Part shown: one piece after another, positions 9,138-18,791 of the stretch | Layout of the letters: each line of letters starts with the position of its first letter | How positions within the stretch are numbered: position 1 is the first letter of the stretch | NCBI GenBank assembly: GCA_964647565.1 | Contig: CAZYIM010000035.1 | Span: 1 to 25,268, forward strand | Length of the DNA: 25,268 bases | Direction of reading: 5' to 3' | Source of the DNA: an uncultured Methanosarcinales archaeon | GTDB lineage: Archaea; Nanobdellota; Nanobdellia; Woesearchaeales; CAZYIM01 | Notes under the pieces: generated by a model | The model's input: only the letters and a program-made list of their open reading frames with translations | Database searches by the model: none | What the model was told of the DNA's origin: nothing | Position numbers and translations under genes: made by a program

Positions 9138-9164
9138 AAACAACCCCTTGGGCTAGGGTAATAA

Positions 9165-9191
9165 CATTAAATTTATATAATTTGGTGTTTT
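9165..9191. promoter_or_regulatory. 27-bp TATA-containing promoter element, copy 1 (between divergent B12-RS genes)
   Basis: CATTAAATTTATATAATTTGGTGTTTT, identical to 10615-10641. Palindromic TTATATAA core; ATG 9202 is 22 nt after TTTATATA. Confidence 0.75.
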
Positions 9192-9201
9192 TTCTGGCCA
9201 G

Positions 9202-10536
9202 ATGGTGAAACTTGCTCTAATCTACCCTCCTTTCTTAAGCTTTAAAAACCAGCCCGGTATAAAATTAGTCCAGGAAAATGCAGGTATCTTTCCTCCATTG
9301 AGTCTAGCACAGATTGCTGCTGTAGCCAAGAGTCATGGACACCAAACCATTCTCATTGATGCGAATGCTTTAAAGTTGTCAAAAGATGCAATCCTTAATA
9401 AAATCAAGCAATTCAAGCCTGATATTTTAGGATTTACTCTTACAACTTATACCCTTCATCAATCACTTGAATGGATTGATTTTTTAAAAGAGAAGACCAA
9501 GCTTCCAATATTAGTGGGTGGAGCTCATATGAGTTTTTATCCCAAAGAAACTATGATGCATAAATCACTTGATTATGGTCTTATAGGTGAAGCAGAAATT
9601 GTTCTTCCTAATTTTTTAAAACGACTTGATAATAAACAAGATCTTTTATCTACTCCCGGATTGGTGATGAGATATAAAGGTAAGGTCCTATTTAATAATA
9701 ATTACAAGATATTGAACAATCTTGACGATGCCCCTTTTCCTGCTAGAGAGCTATTACCTAATGATCAATATTATTCTTTTATTTCGAAAAGAAGGAACTT
9801 TACAGCTATGGTTACTTCTAGAGGTTGTCCATTTCAATGCATTTTTTGTGAACAGAAACTTGTGCCTTTTAGACAGAGAAGTGCTGAAAATATTTTTAAA
9901 GAAATTCTAGAATGTTACCAACGATTTGGAATAAGGGAAATAGATTTCTTTGATACCACTTTTACAATCAATAAAAAGAGAATTATTTCCTTATGTAAAT
10001 TAATTCGGAAACATAACCTGAAAATTGTTTGGTCTGTAAGAAGTAGAATTGATACTATAGATAAAGAAATGCTAATCGAGATGAAAAAAGCTGGCTGTAT
10101 CCGCATTCATTATGGAATTGAATCAGGCGATGAACAGGTTTTACAGAATATAAAGAAAGCTACAACTATTAAATTAGTTAGAGAGAAGATTAGTTTGACT
10201 AAAAGAATAGGTGTTGCTACATTCGGATATTTCATGTTTGGGAATCCTGGCGAAACTGAAGAGACCATACAAAAAACTATCAAACTTGCGCTTTCCCTTC
10301 AACTTGATTATGCCCAATTTTCCAAAGTAAGCGCTTTGCCGGGCACTGAGTTATATGATTTGTGGAAAAAACATTTTCATCAGGATTATTGGAAACAGTA
10401 TATTCTCAATGAAAAAAATGCAAAAAACATGAGAAGATATGGTTGTAATGTTTCTAATAAAAGAATAGAAAATCTTCTTCAGCAGACCTATAAAAAATTT
10501 TACTTCAGGCCAAATCAAATAATTAAGCATTTATAA
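9202..10536 (+). CDS. Cobalamin-binding radical SAM protein; C-terminus truncated by an apparent 1-nt frameshift (homology continues to 10595)
   Basis: PPLSLAQIAA, GGAH, GEAE, TSRGCPFQCIFC, YGIESGD, FMFGNPGET. The shifted frame after 10532 encodes ISIRSWSELKRYVKAVIDIL*, matching the tail of paralog 7725-9137. Confidence 0.9.
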   Translation: MVKLALIYPPFLSFKNQPGIKLVQENAGIFPPLSLAQIAAVAKSHGHQTILIDANALKLSKDAILNKIKQFKPDILGFTLTTYTLHQSLEWIDFLKEKTKLPILVGGAHMSFYPKETMMHKSLDYGLIGEAEIVLPNFLKRLDNKQDLLSTPGLVMRYKGKVLFNNNYKILNNLDDAPFPARELLPNDQYYSFISKRRNFTAMVTSRGCPFQCIFCEQKLVPFRQRSAENIFKEILECYQRFGIREIDFFDTTFTINKKRIISLCKLIRKHNLKIVWSVRSRIDTIDKEMLIEMKKAGCIRIHYGIESGDEQVLQNIKKATTIKLVREKISLTKRIGVATFGYFMFGNPGETEETIQKTIKLALSLQLDYAQFSKVSALPGTELYDLWKKHFHQDYWKQYILNEKNAKNMRRYGCNVSNKRIENLLQQTYKKFYFRPNQIIKHL

Positions 10537-10614
10537 GTATACGGAGTTGGTCAGAACTTAAACGTTATGTCAAAGCTGTCATTGATATTCTATAAACTGG
10601 TTCTTCATAATATC

Positions 10615-10641
10615 CATTAAATTTATATAATTTGGTGTTTT
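10615..10641 (+). promoter_or_regulatory. 27-bp TATA-containing promoter element, copy 2 (upstream of the GT-C x3/carbamoyltransferase operon)
   Basis: Exact copy of 9165-9191. ATG 10652 lies at the same offset (37 nt from element start) as ATG 9202. Confidence 0.75.
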
Positions 10642-10651
10642 AGAGCACCAT

Positions 10652-12325
10652 ATGAAGGGGGCATTAGGAAAAAATTTTTTTGCTAATTTAAGGACTGGTC
10701 ATCTAGTTTTAATTCTGATTATGGTATTGATTGTTATTTTCAGAATTTTCATTAATAATTCAATAGCCCTGATTTATTATTATACTTGGGTCATATTTAT
10801 ACTTATTTTGGTTTTCGCTGCGCTTTGCTGGAAGACTGTTATTAAACAGTTTAAAAAAATCAAAAAAATCAACTGGATTATTCTGGCCATCATTATTGTG
10901 GTAGCCTTAATCCTAAGGATATATATTATGTCTGAACCTAGCCATCTATCCCAATCAGAATGGGATTATAAGTATATTGCCAAACAACTAATCTACCCTG
11001 ATCGTGATTATAGAATCGTTGTTACTGCAGAGAAACCTATTGGGTCCTCTTTTATGTTGCATATCTTTTTTTTAGTTTTTGGAGTTGCAGACCATTCAGT
11101 CACAATAGCCAACATAACCTATAGCATCATGATGGTCTTAGTGGTATTTCTTTTATCTTATGTTGTGTTTAAGGATGAAATTCAAGCACTATTATCTGCA
11201 GGACTGTTTGCTTTTTTTAACACTGCCATCAAATATTCTTCTGTAGCAGAAGCAGAGAATATGGCTGCGCTAATCCTTTTATTAGCAGTTTTCATACTTT
11301 ACCTTGCGCTTAAAGAAGATAATTACAAATTTTATTCATTAGCTGCATTACTTTTCGGATTTATGGTTCTGACTAAAGTTGAGCTCGGCTTAATGTTAGT
11401 CGTAGCAATGGTACTATTAGTAGTAATCAAGAAAAAACTGCTTTTGGATAGAAAATTTATGTTGCCTGCTTTTTTATTGTTAGTTGCGATTATACCGTCT
11501 TTGCCGTATATTTTAGTGATTAGAGGTGTTAAATATTTTTTAAATATATTTTTCCCACAGCAGATACAATTTATGGGCACGACACATGATTTTCCTGAAA
11601 CATATTCCCTGTTAGGTAATTTTTCTAGTTTCCAAAATTCTTTCTTGAATCTTCCTATGATAGGTATAATCCTATTATTCATAGCGTTAATCTCAATCAA
11701 AAAGGACTATAAAAGCTATTTTGTACATGCGTTTCTTTTTGTTTTCATTTTATTTTATGCTTTTTTCATGTGGCAGTACCATTATAGATATTTAATGATG
11801 ATATATCCTTTGATTGCCGTGCTAATGGCCAAAGGACTTTTTAATATAGTGGGTTTTTTGAAGAAATTGTTTTCTAAAAAGCAGCTCTATAAAATAGGAG
11901 TCGTGCTGAGTATAGTCTTTTTGATATTCATGTTCTTGCATCAAATATCACATGAACTTGCTGATCCTGTACGAAAGAGATATGCAGACGAATTCAGGGC
12001 GGATATCCAGGAAGTCAGATCGATTTTAGAAGAACAGAACGCAATATTAATCTGTCCTCAGTACGCTTATCTGCATTTCTGGTGCGATTACGAATATAGC
12101 GATAACTATGTGCACTCGACAGAAAGAGCATTTCAGATAATAGAAACCGAACCTGACAGGCCAATTTTTGTGATGTTGCAGATAAAAGAGGGTTCCTCAT
12201 TATCAATACGCACAATCAGTTGTTTAGATTATTATAAACCTTTTGACAGGAACTGTGTGAAAGTAAAAGAATTTTCAACTGGTAATGTTGATTTTTATAA
12301 ATTGGTGAGACTTAATGAAACTTAA
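10652..12325 (+). CDS. GT-C fold membrane glycosyltransferase, paralog 3
   Basis: 557 aa polytopic. LRIYI..SQSEWDY, KPIG, AE and KVE motifs, RY in late loop, C-terminal soluble Cys-containing domain. Confidence 0.82.
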   Translation: MKGALGKNFFANLRTGHLVLILIMVLIVIFRIFINNSIALIYYYTWVIFILILVFAALCWKTVIKQFKKIKKINWIILAIIIVVALILRIYIMSEPSHLSQSEWDYKYIAKQLIYPDRDYRIVVTAEKPIGSSFMLHIFFLVFGVADHSVTIANITYSIMMVLVVFLLSYVVFKDEIQALLSAGLFAFFNTAIKYSSVAEAENMAALILLLAVFILYLALKEDNYKFYSLAALLFGFMVLTKVELGLMLVVAMVLLVVIKKKLLLDRKFMLPAFLLLVAIIPSLPYILVIRGVKYFLNIFFPQQIQFMGTTHDFPETYSLLGNFSSFQNSFLNLPMIGIILLFIALISIKKDYKSYFVHAFLFVFILFYAFFMWQYHYRYLMMIYPLIAVLMAKGLFNIVGFLKKLFSKKQLYKIGVVLSIVFLIFMFLHQISHELADPVRKRYADEFRADIQEVRSILEEQNAILICPQYAYLHFWCDYEYSDNYVHSTERAFQIIETEPDRPIFVMLQIKEGSSLSIRTISCLDYYKPFDRNCVKVKEFSTGNVDFYKLVRLNET

Positions 12326-13979
12326 TGAGATAAAGATCTTTACCGTTATCCTAGTTATTATTCTGGTATTGTATAAACTTTTTTTTTCTTTTATTAGCAG
12401 GAATATAACAACTATTTATCCTGTTTTTGTAGTAATACTCCTTACAATCGGCATATTTGCAGTATTCAAATCTCATAAAGAACTGAGAAAAAATTTTAAA
12501 CTCTCTAAACAGTTATGGATTGCTTTGGGTATAATTATTGTCTTGGCTATAGCCATTAGAATATTTGCAGTTCCCCACTTTAATCTACTGGTTCCTGACG
12601 ATTATTGGCTTATGGATGCAGGTAAGAACTTCTTGCAGTCTGGCAGGGCTACTGTCTGTGATTATTCAGGTTCTGGTTCCCTGCAATGCGGAGTCATTAA
12701 ATCCATGGGGTACTCAGCGATTCTAGCTATTCCCTTTGCATTTTTTGGTATAAACAACTTTGTTGCTCTTTATTTTACCAGCATCATATCTATTTTGGAG
12801 GTCGTAGTGGTTTTTTTCCTCGTGTATATTATCTTCAAAGACCGTGTTGCTGCGATTTTTTCAACCTTAATTTTGCTCTTTATGAAAATATTTATCTGGA
12901 TAGGTGCTTATGTTGAGAATATCAATGCTTCAATACTGTTTGCGTGTCTGGCGTTCATATTTTTCATTATCTATTACGAACATCGACAGCTTTATGTTCA
13001 TTTGGCAGGGGTTTGTTTTCTACTATTGTCTATCATGGTAAGATCAGAATATGTTCTCCTCTATCTCCCACTCGCCATCATTTATATCCTTATCGGAAAA
13101 CAAGACCTTAAGCATTTTAGTAAAAACCATTTTCTGATACCTTTATTGGTAACTATATTAGGGTTGTTGATCTTTTTTATGCAGGCACCGACTGTATTAT
13201 CGATGGGCAACAATTCTGCCTTTGGTATTGAGTATTTTATACAAAACATATTTCAGGGATTTCCAGTGCTATGGAAATTTTATTCTATCCATCTTTTCTT
13301 AGTCATCTTTTTGATAATAGGTATCGTGGTGGCTTTCAAGGATCAATGGAAAAAGACAATCTTCATATTGGTAAGTGGAGGATTATTTTTTCTGTTTTAC
13401 ACTTCCTGGTATATCTATAATCAATATAGAGTCTATGCAGTTGATTTTGTGGTGCTCGCAATTTTCATAGGAATCGGTATAAGTTTTACCCTGCGTCATC
13501 TTGAAAAATATCTGAACAAAAAAATAATTTTAGCAGTTTTTGTTCTTGTTATTCTCCTGATAGGTATTAACAACTTAATGTTCACAACTAAGAGAGTTCT
13601 ATCTGAGACTCAAGAGATAATTGATACTCTTAATATCGAAAAAATCGAGCAATTATTGCCTCCTGGTTGTTTTGTGATACTTGAACGCCCAGCCTTTGTT
13701 TCTGCTACAACTAATCTTAAGGCAGTAAGAACCAAGGATGTATATGACTCTGCTGCTAATGTCAAATTGCTTCTCCAAAAAGAAGGATGTGTTTATTTCT
13801 ATGAGAACAAGCATTGTTTCTCTAATCTTGAGAGGGGTGCTACTGAGATGGACAAAGATTCATCTGGGCGATGTAAACAGATGCATCAGAATTTTGATTT
13901 GAAAGATGAGTTTGTTTTTGACCAGTTTGGAAAAAAATACGTGTTATATTCAGTGAATTTGAAAAATGGCAAGACCTAA
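12315..13979 (+). CDS. GT-C fold membrane glycosyltransferase, paralog 4
   Basis: 554 aa. IRIFAVPH..VPDDYW, RSE motif, Cys pair in first loop. GGTGA SD at 12304-12308 and 11-bp overlap with the upstream gene. Confidence 0.85.
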   Translation: MKLNEIKIFTVILVIILVLYKLFFSFISRNITTIYPVFVVILLTIGIFAVFKSHKELRKNFKLSKQLWIALGIIIVLAIAIRIFAVPHFNLLVPDDYWLMDAGKNFLQSGRATVCDYSGSGSLQCGVIKSMGYSAILAIPFAFFGINNFVALYFTSIISILEVVVVFFLVYIIFKDRVAAIFSTLILLFMKIFIWIGAYVENINASILFACLAFIFFIIYYEHRQLYVHLAGVCFLLLSIMVRSEYVLLYLPLAIIYILIGKQDLKHFSKNHFLIPLLVTILGLLIFFMQAPTVLSMGNNSAFGIEYFIQNIFQGFPVLWKFYSIHLFLVIFLIIGIVVAFKDQWKKTIFILVSGGLFFLFYTSWYIYNQYRVYAVDFVVLAIFIGIGISFTLRHLEKYLNKKIILAVFVLVILLIGINNLMFTTKRVLSETQEIIDTLNIEKIEQLLPPGCFVILERPAFVSATTNLKAVRTKDVYDSAANVKLLLQKEGCVYFYENKHCFSNLERGATEMDKDSSGRCKQMHQNFDLKDEFVFDQFGKKYVLYSVNLKNGKT

Positions 13980-15675
13980 GCATAAGATCAAGAAAAGCAA
14001 GAAAAAAATAAAAAAGCAAATTATTTTTTGGGATCAATTTATTAATGTTAAATATCTTCTAATCTTTATAATAATATATATAATTCTGGCCAGATTCATT
14101 TTTTTGAACTTTGATAAATCTATGCCATACCTTTTGACTGTAGGATATGCCCTTTCTTTTTTCGGGATTATAGCCCTGATTATTATTAATTTCAAGAAAC
14201 TAAAACTTCAATTTATTTCTGTATCAAAAATAAGTTGGATCATAATTCTTGTGATTGTTTTATTTGCGATCGGTATTAGATGGTTCTTGATTCCGCCTTT
14301 CCACGGGACGTATATGGATGAGCCTGCCCACATAGATGCTGCAAAAAATATGTATTATGATCAGAGAGCTGAGATATGTGAACCTATTTTTGAGAAAAGG
14401 GTTTGTGAAGTAACCTATTTTCCAGGGGGTTGGTCTTTTATAATGACAGTGGGCTTTATTCTTTTTGGAGTCAGCAATATTGTTGCCATAAATCTTGGCT
14501 CATTTTTTGGCGTATTGTCCATAATCTTAGCATTTTTATTGAGCTACCTTGTTTTTAAGGATGACCTTGCAGCTATTTTTTCATCGTTAATAATGGCCTT
14601 TTTTAGCTTGTACCTTTTCTGGTCCAGTACTGCCAATGCCATAATAATCGCAGTCTTTCTATCCCTTTTGTCTAGTGTAACCTTCTTGGTAGCTCTTAGG
14701 CATAAAGATTTCAAACTTAATATCTTGTTCTGGTTGTCTTTTCTCCTGATGGTTTATGCTCGATCAGAGTTATTCATTTTGATTGTGCCATTTGGACTCT
14801 ATTTCTTGTTTAATCTGAAAAAAAATATCTTTAAAAATTACTTTTTTATACCTTGTTTGATATTCCTGCTTATTTCTTTACCTTTCTTGGCTTATGTACC
14901 TTACCAGATAGATGTGCAACATAAATTTATAGATTCTAAATCTGACCTGAGCGTCTTTAGCCTGAAGTTGTTTCTCTTACAATCAAGTACTGGTGTGAGA
15001 AATCTTATCTCAGGAAACTTTTTTCATATTTTTTTAGTTCTGTTGGGCGTCTTAGGAATATTTGTTTGTCTTTTTAAATTCAAGAAATATGGATTCCTGG
15101 TTTTATTGTTTGCAGCCATGTTTTTCATCTATAACCTTTGGAACCGGACTGGCCAAACCCGTCATTCGGTTCCTGAACTTTGTATTTTTTGCATATTTAT
15201 TGGTTGGGGGACGTCTTATATGCTGCGAAGATTATCCGCCATTATCAGGACTAAGTGGATCATCAAGTTGCTTCCTTTTGCTTTTGCTATCATAGTTTTG
15301 GCTATATTGCTTCCCACTATTAATGCTACAGTTCAAAAAGCAAAGACATATCATGTATTATTGGCTTCTTTACCTGAGCATCTTGAAAAAACCATTGATC
15401 CGGATTGTTATATTATAGTTGAAGAACCGATGATCTTGTCAAGTTCAACAAAATTGAAAATAGTATCTCTTCCTGATTTTCTAGATAATACTGATGATAT
15501 GATTGATCATCTTTCTCAAACAAAATGTGTTTTGTTTTTTGAAACTCCATATTGCAACAGAGGCAACTGCGAGAAAATTAGAAAGAATTATAAATTGGGT
15601 ACAGTTTCAGGATTCAAACGAGGTGTCGAGAAATGGACTCTTTATAATATCTCATTTTCAGGATCGGTGGTGTGA
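13966..15675 (+). CDS. GT-C fold membrane glycosyltransferase, paralog 5
   Basis: 569 aa. IRWFLIPP..YMDEPAH, FPGGW, RSE, Cys-rich C-terminal domain, Lys-rich N-terminus, 14-bp overlap with the upstream gene. Confidence 0.85.
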   Translation: MARPKHKIKKSKKKIKKQIIFWDQFINVKYLLIFIIIYIILARFIFLNFDKSMPYLLTVGYALSFFGIIALIIINFKKLKLQFISVSKISWIIILVIVLFAIGIRWFLIPPFHGTYMDEPAHIDAAKNMYYDQRAEICEPIFEKRVCEVTYFPGGWSFIMTVGFILFGVSNIVAINLGSFFGVLSIILAFLLSYLVFKDDLAAIFSSLIMAFFSLYLFWSSTANAIIIAVFLSLLSSVTFLVALRHKDFKLNILFWLSFLLMVYARSELFILIVPFGLYFLFNLKKNIFKNYFFIPCLIFLLISLPFLAYVPYQIDVQHKFIDSKSDLSVFSLKLFLLQSSTGVRNLISGNFFHIFLVLLGVLGIFVCLFKFKKYGFLVLLFAAMFFIYNLWNRTGQTRHSVPELCIFCIFIGWGTSYMLRRLSAIIRTKWIIKLLPFAFAIIVLAILLPTINATVQKAKTYHVLLASLPEHLEKTIDPDCYIIVEEPMILSSSTKLKIVSLPDFLDNTDDMIDHLSQTKCVLFFETPYCNRGNCEKIRKNYKLGTVSGFKRGVEKWTLYNISFSGSVV

Positions 15676-17304
15676 ATGACATACATTTTAAGCATAAGCA
15701 AAGTAAAGGGAGACTATTCTAAAAAAGGCTCAATGTTTTACTCTTTTCAGCATGAGCATGCCACTGCTCTAATAAAAGATGGTAAGCTTGTGGCTATGGC
15801 AGAAGAGGAGAGGTTCTCAAGAGTTAAACATAATTTTTTCGTAAATCCTGACAAAGGTTATAAAATAAGTGAATCAATGGAATTTTGTCTGAACTTTGAA
15901 GGTATTACTGTAAACGACATAGATTATTTTTCTTTTGGGAAGATTATTCCGCCTTTTGATAATACTTATTCCAAGACCATTAAAAATAAGCCTCCTAAAA
16001 TTATCCGAAATAAGAATATGTTCTTCATACCCCATCATTTGGCACACAGTGCTAGTACATACAGGGTTTCCCCTTACAAATCATCTGCAATATTGAATAT
16101 TGACGGTAATGGAGACAGAGAGACTGCTTCAGCTTTTGCCGGTGAAGGCAATGATATTAGTTTCTTGTGGGATATTCTGGATCATGATAGAACCACATCT
16201 ATAGGTAGTGTTTATGAAATTGCCACCATGCTTTTAGGATTAGGTCAGTTTGGGCAGGGTAAAACCATGGGTCTCGCTTCCTATGGTCAACCTTCAATAG
16301 ATTTTTCTAATTTCCTTAATATAAAATCTATTACTGATTGGAAAATCGATAATTTAGGTTTACGTCGACATTTTATTGATCTTATGCGATCTAAAAATGC
16401 TCCTTTCTTAAATAAACACAAGGATTTTGCAGCAAGCCTTCAAAATGCTCTTGAGAAATCTGCATTGAAACTTGCAGATGAATTATATAGTTCATATAAA
16501 AATAAAAATCTTTGCATGGCGGGAGGTGTTATGCTGAATTGTAAAATGAACAGTACATTGCTGGAAAAATCTCCTTTTAAGAATATTTTCATACAACCTG
16601 CTGCACATGATGCGGGGTGTGTTCTTGGTGCAGGTATGGAAACTTATGCGCAGTTGGGTTATGATTCAAAATTTATAATGGAACATCCTTATTTTGGTCC
16701 TGAATTTACAGGCGAACAGATAAAAAAAGCACTTATATTGGCTAAGTTGGAATTTGAAAACCATAAGTCTATTCCTGGTGTTGCAGCAGAACTGTTGTCC
16801 AAGGGAAATATTATTGGATGGTTTCAGGGAAGGATGGAGATTGGCCCTCGTGCATTGGGTAATAGGAGCATTCTTGCAGATCCCACCTCGATTAAAATAA
16901 GGGACAGGGTCAATAAGCTTAAGGGTCGGGAGCTTTGGAGACCTCTGGCACCATCTATCTTAGAAGGGAAAGAAAAGCTCTATTTTGAGAACCCTTATCC
17001 TAGTCCCTTCATGCTTCTTAGCTTTAAAATAAAGGATGACAAAGCCAAAGAGCTTGAGGGCGTCTGCCATGTTGACCAGACCACAAGACCCCAGACTGTA
17101 TTGAAGAAGACAAATCCAAAATATCACGCCTTGATAAATTACTTCAATAAAGAAAAAGGGACGCCGATGGTGCTAAATACATCATTTAATACATTCTATG
17201 AACCTATTGTCTGTACACCTCAAGATGCTATCAAGACATTTAAGGAAATTGGTTTAGATTATTTGTGTATAGGCAGCTTTTTAGTAAAGAATCCTAAGAA
17301 CTAG
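15676..17304 (+). CDS. O-carbamoyltransferase, NodU/CmcH/TobZ family, copy 2
   Basis: HEHATAL, EERFSRVKH, HHLAHS, DGNGD, GKTMGLA, GGVMLN, EIGPRALGNRS, WRPLAP, HVDQTTRPQ, NTSFN. Confidence 0.93.
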   Translation: MTYILSISKVKGDYSKKGSMFYSFQHEHATALIKDGKLVAMAEEERFSRVKHNFFVNPDKGYKISESMEFCLNFEGITVNDIDYFSFGKIIPPFDNTYSKTIKNKPPKIIRNKNMFFIPHHLAHSASTYRVSPYKSSAILNIDGNGDRETASAFAGEGNDISFLWDILDHDRTTSIGSVYEIATMLLGLGQFGQGKTMGLASYGQPSIDFSNFLNIKSITDWKIDNLGLRRHFIDLMRSKNAPFLNKHKDFAASLQNALEKSALKLADELYSSYKNKNLCMAGGVMLNCKMNSTLLEKSPFKNIFIQPAAHDAGCVLGAGMETYAQLGYDSKFIMEHPYFGPEFTGEQIKKALILAKLEFENHKSIPGVAAELLSKGNIIGWFQGRMEIGPRALGNRSILADPTSIKIRDRVNKLKGRELWRPLAPSILEGKEKLYFENPYPSPFMLLSFKIKDDKAKELEGVCHVDQTTRPQTVLKKTNPKYHALINYFNKEKGTPMVLNTSFNTFYEPIVCTPQDAIKTFKEIGLDYLCIGSFLVKNPKN

Positions 17305-17311
17305 ACAATAG

Positions 17312-18787
17312 CTAGGAAAAAATCTTTCTAATGAATTGCTTAAACACACTTTGCAGTATTCTGTCGGTTTTGATGCTTTGTCTGCTAAGCATGAAATTTT
17401 TTACGATGTTTATGATTTTTACAGGATGATATGCCAGTTGATAGGTCAGGAAGGTCCGATATAATTTAGTTCTAAACTCAATAACCTTTTTTTTATTAGG
17501 ATACCAATCAGGAATCCTGCCAGTTATGAGTTCTTCCCATTGATCAAAATCTTCTTTAAAATAAAATTCAAACATTTTGGCAATCTCAGTAGCAGGATAT
17601 GGTATGACAGGGAACACCCCCAACTCATCTAATCCTTTTTTTGCTAGCTGCTGAACATATTTGAGTGTCTGCATATCATCCTCTCGGGTAGTGCCCAAGG
17701 GGCAAATCAGAATATAACCTGCTGTTTTGATATTTAGTTTGTTGGAAATATTTACAATTTTAATGATCTTATCCAGGTCAATATTTTTTTTATAGATCTG
17801 CTTCAAGACACGCGGAGATCCTGATTCCGGCGCTACAGTTATGTGGACGCATCCTGATCGTTTCATCAGCTGCAACAATTTTGCATTTATCAATTCAGGT
17901 CTCAGACCTGATGCTGCAGACCATTTTATCTTCAAGCCCCTTTTAATGATTTCTCTGAAGATGAGTTCAGCCCTTTTCTTGTGTAGAGTCATATTATCGT
18001 CTTCAAAATGAAATTCGCGAATACTTAATTTTTTAACGCACATTTCAATCTCATCAACTACATTTTTTGGACTCCGTGCTTTCCATCTTTTTTCCCAGAA
18101 TACTGCGCTGGCACAAAACGTACAGTCAAAGGGGCAACCACGAGATGTGATTAACGGTGTAAATTTATCATTTGATGGAGAATGGCCCATATTAAGCTTG
18201 TGATAATTTTTTAGATTTAGGAAATTACGATCAGGGAATGGTAGTTCATCGATATTTTCATAATGCTTTTTCTGTGTTTTGATGATCTTGTTTTTTCTCA
18301 CGTACGCAAGATTATTTACTTGTCTAATAGGTATCTTGCCTGCTAGGTGTTGGCATAATTGGTGTAATGCGTGTTCACCTTCTCCCAATATTATAAAATC
18401 TGCACCCTCTCTAAAAAACAGGTTGAGATTAAAAGAGCTATGACAACCGCCTAGAACTATTGGCACTTTTAAACAAGCCTTAATTTGTTTTATAAGTTCA
18501 ATGATTATATGGTTCTGGGGAGAAAATATGGCGGATATAGCAATAAGATCTGTATCTTTATGTATTCTTTTTAGGATTCCCTTAATATCTAGACCTCGAA
18601 GCAGATACTCTCGTTTATAGGGTTTTAATTGCTCAATTCCTTCACCAGGAGAGTCGATAAAATTAACTTCTAATCCTCTCTGTTTGAGAAAGGTTGCTAA
18701 GTAGGTTATGCCCATTGGCATGGTAATTGCAGACGTAATGTTTCCTTTCCTGTCCACCATGGGCGGATTTATTAAGGTGACTTTCAT
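17312..18787 (-). CDS. Cobalamin-binding radical SAM protein
   Basis: PMGITYLA, GGCH, GEGE, TSRGCPFDCTFC, FEDDN, APESGS. Confidence 0.92.
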   Translation of the reverse strand: MKVTLINPPMVDRKGNITSAITMPMGITYLATFLKQRGLEVNFIDSPGEGIEQLKPYKREYLLRGLDIKGILKRIHKDTDLIAISAIFSPQNHIIIELIKQIKACLKVPIVLGGCHSSFNLNLFFREGADFIILGEGEHALHQLCQHLAGKIPIRQVNNLAYVRKNKIIKTQKKHYENIDELPFPDRNFLNLKNYHKLNMGHSPSNDKFTPLITSRGCPFDCTFCASAVFWEKRWKARSPKNVVDEIEMCVKKLSIREFHFEDDNMTLHKKRAELIFREIIKRGLKIKWSAASGLRPELINAKLLQLMKRSGCVHITVAPESGSPRVLKQIYKKNIDLDKIIKIVNISNKLNIKTAGYILICPLGTTREDDMQTLKYVQQLAKKGLDELGVFPVIPYPATEIAKMFEFYFKEDFDQWEELITGRIPDWYPNKKKVIEFRTKLYRTFLTYQLAYHPVKIINIVKNFMLSRQSIKTDRILQSVFKQFIRKIFS

Positions 18788-18791
18788 TTTT

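Noticed and set aside
9165..10641. 27-bp direct repeat as a CRISPR repeat
   Set aside because: Only two copies 1450 bp apart, with a gene between them and no cas genes.
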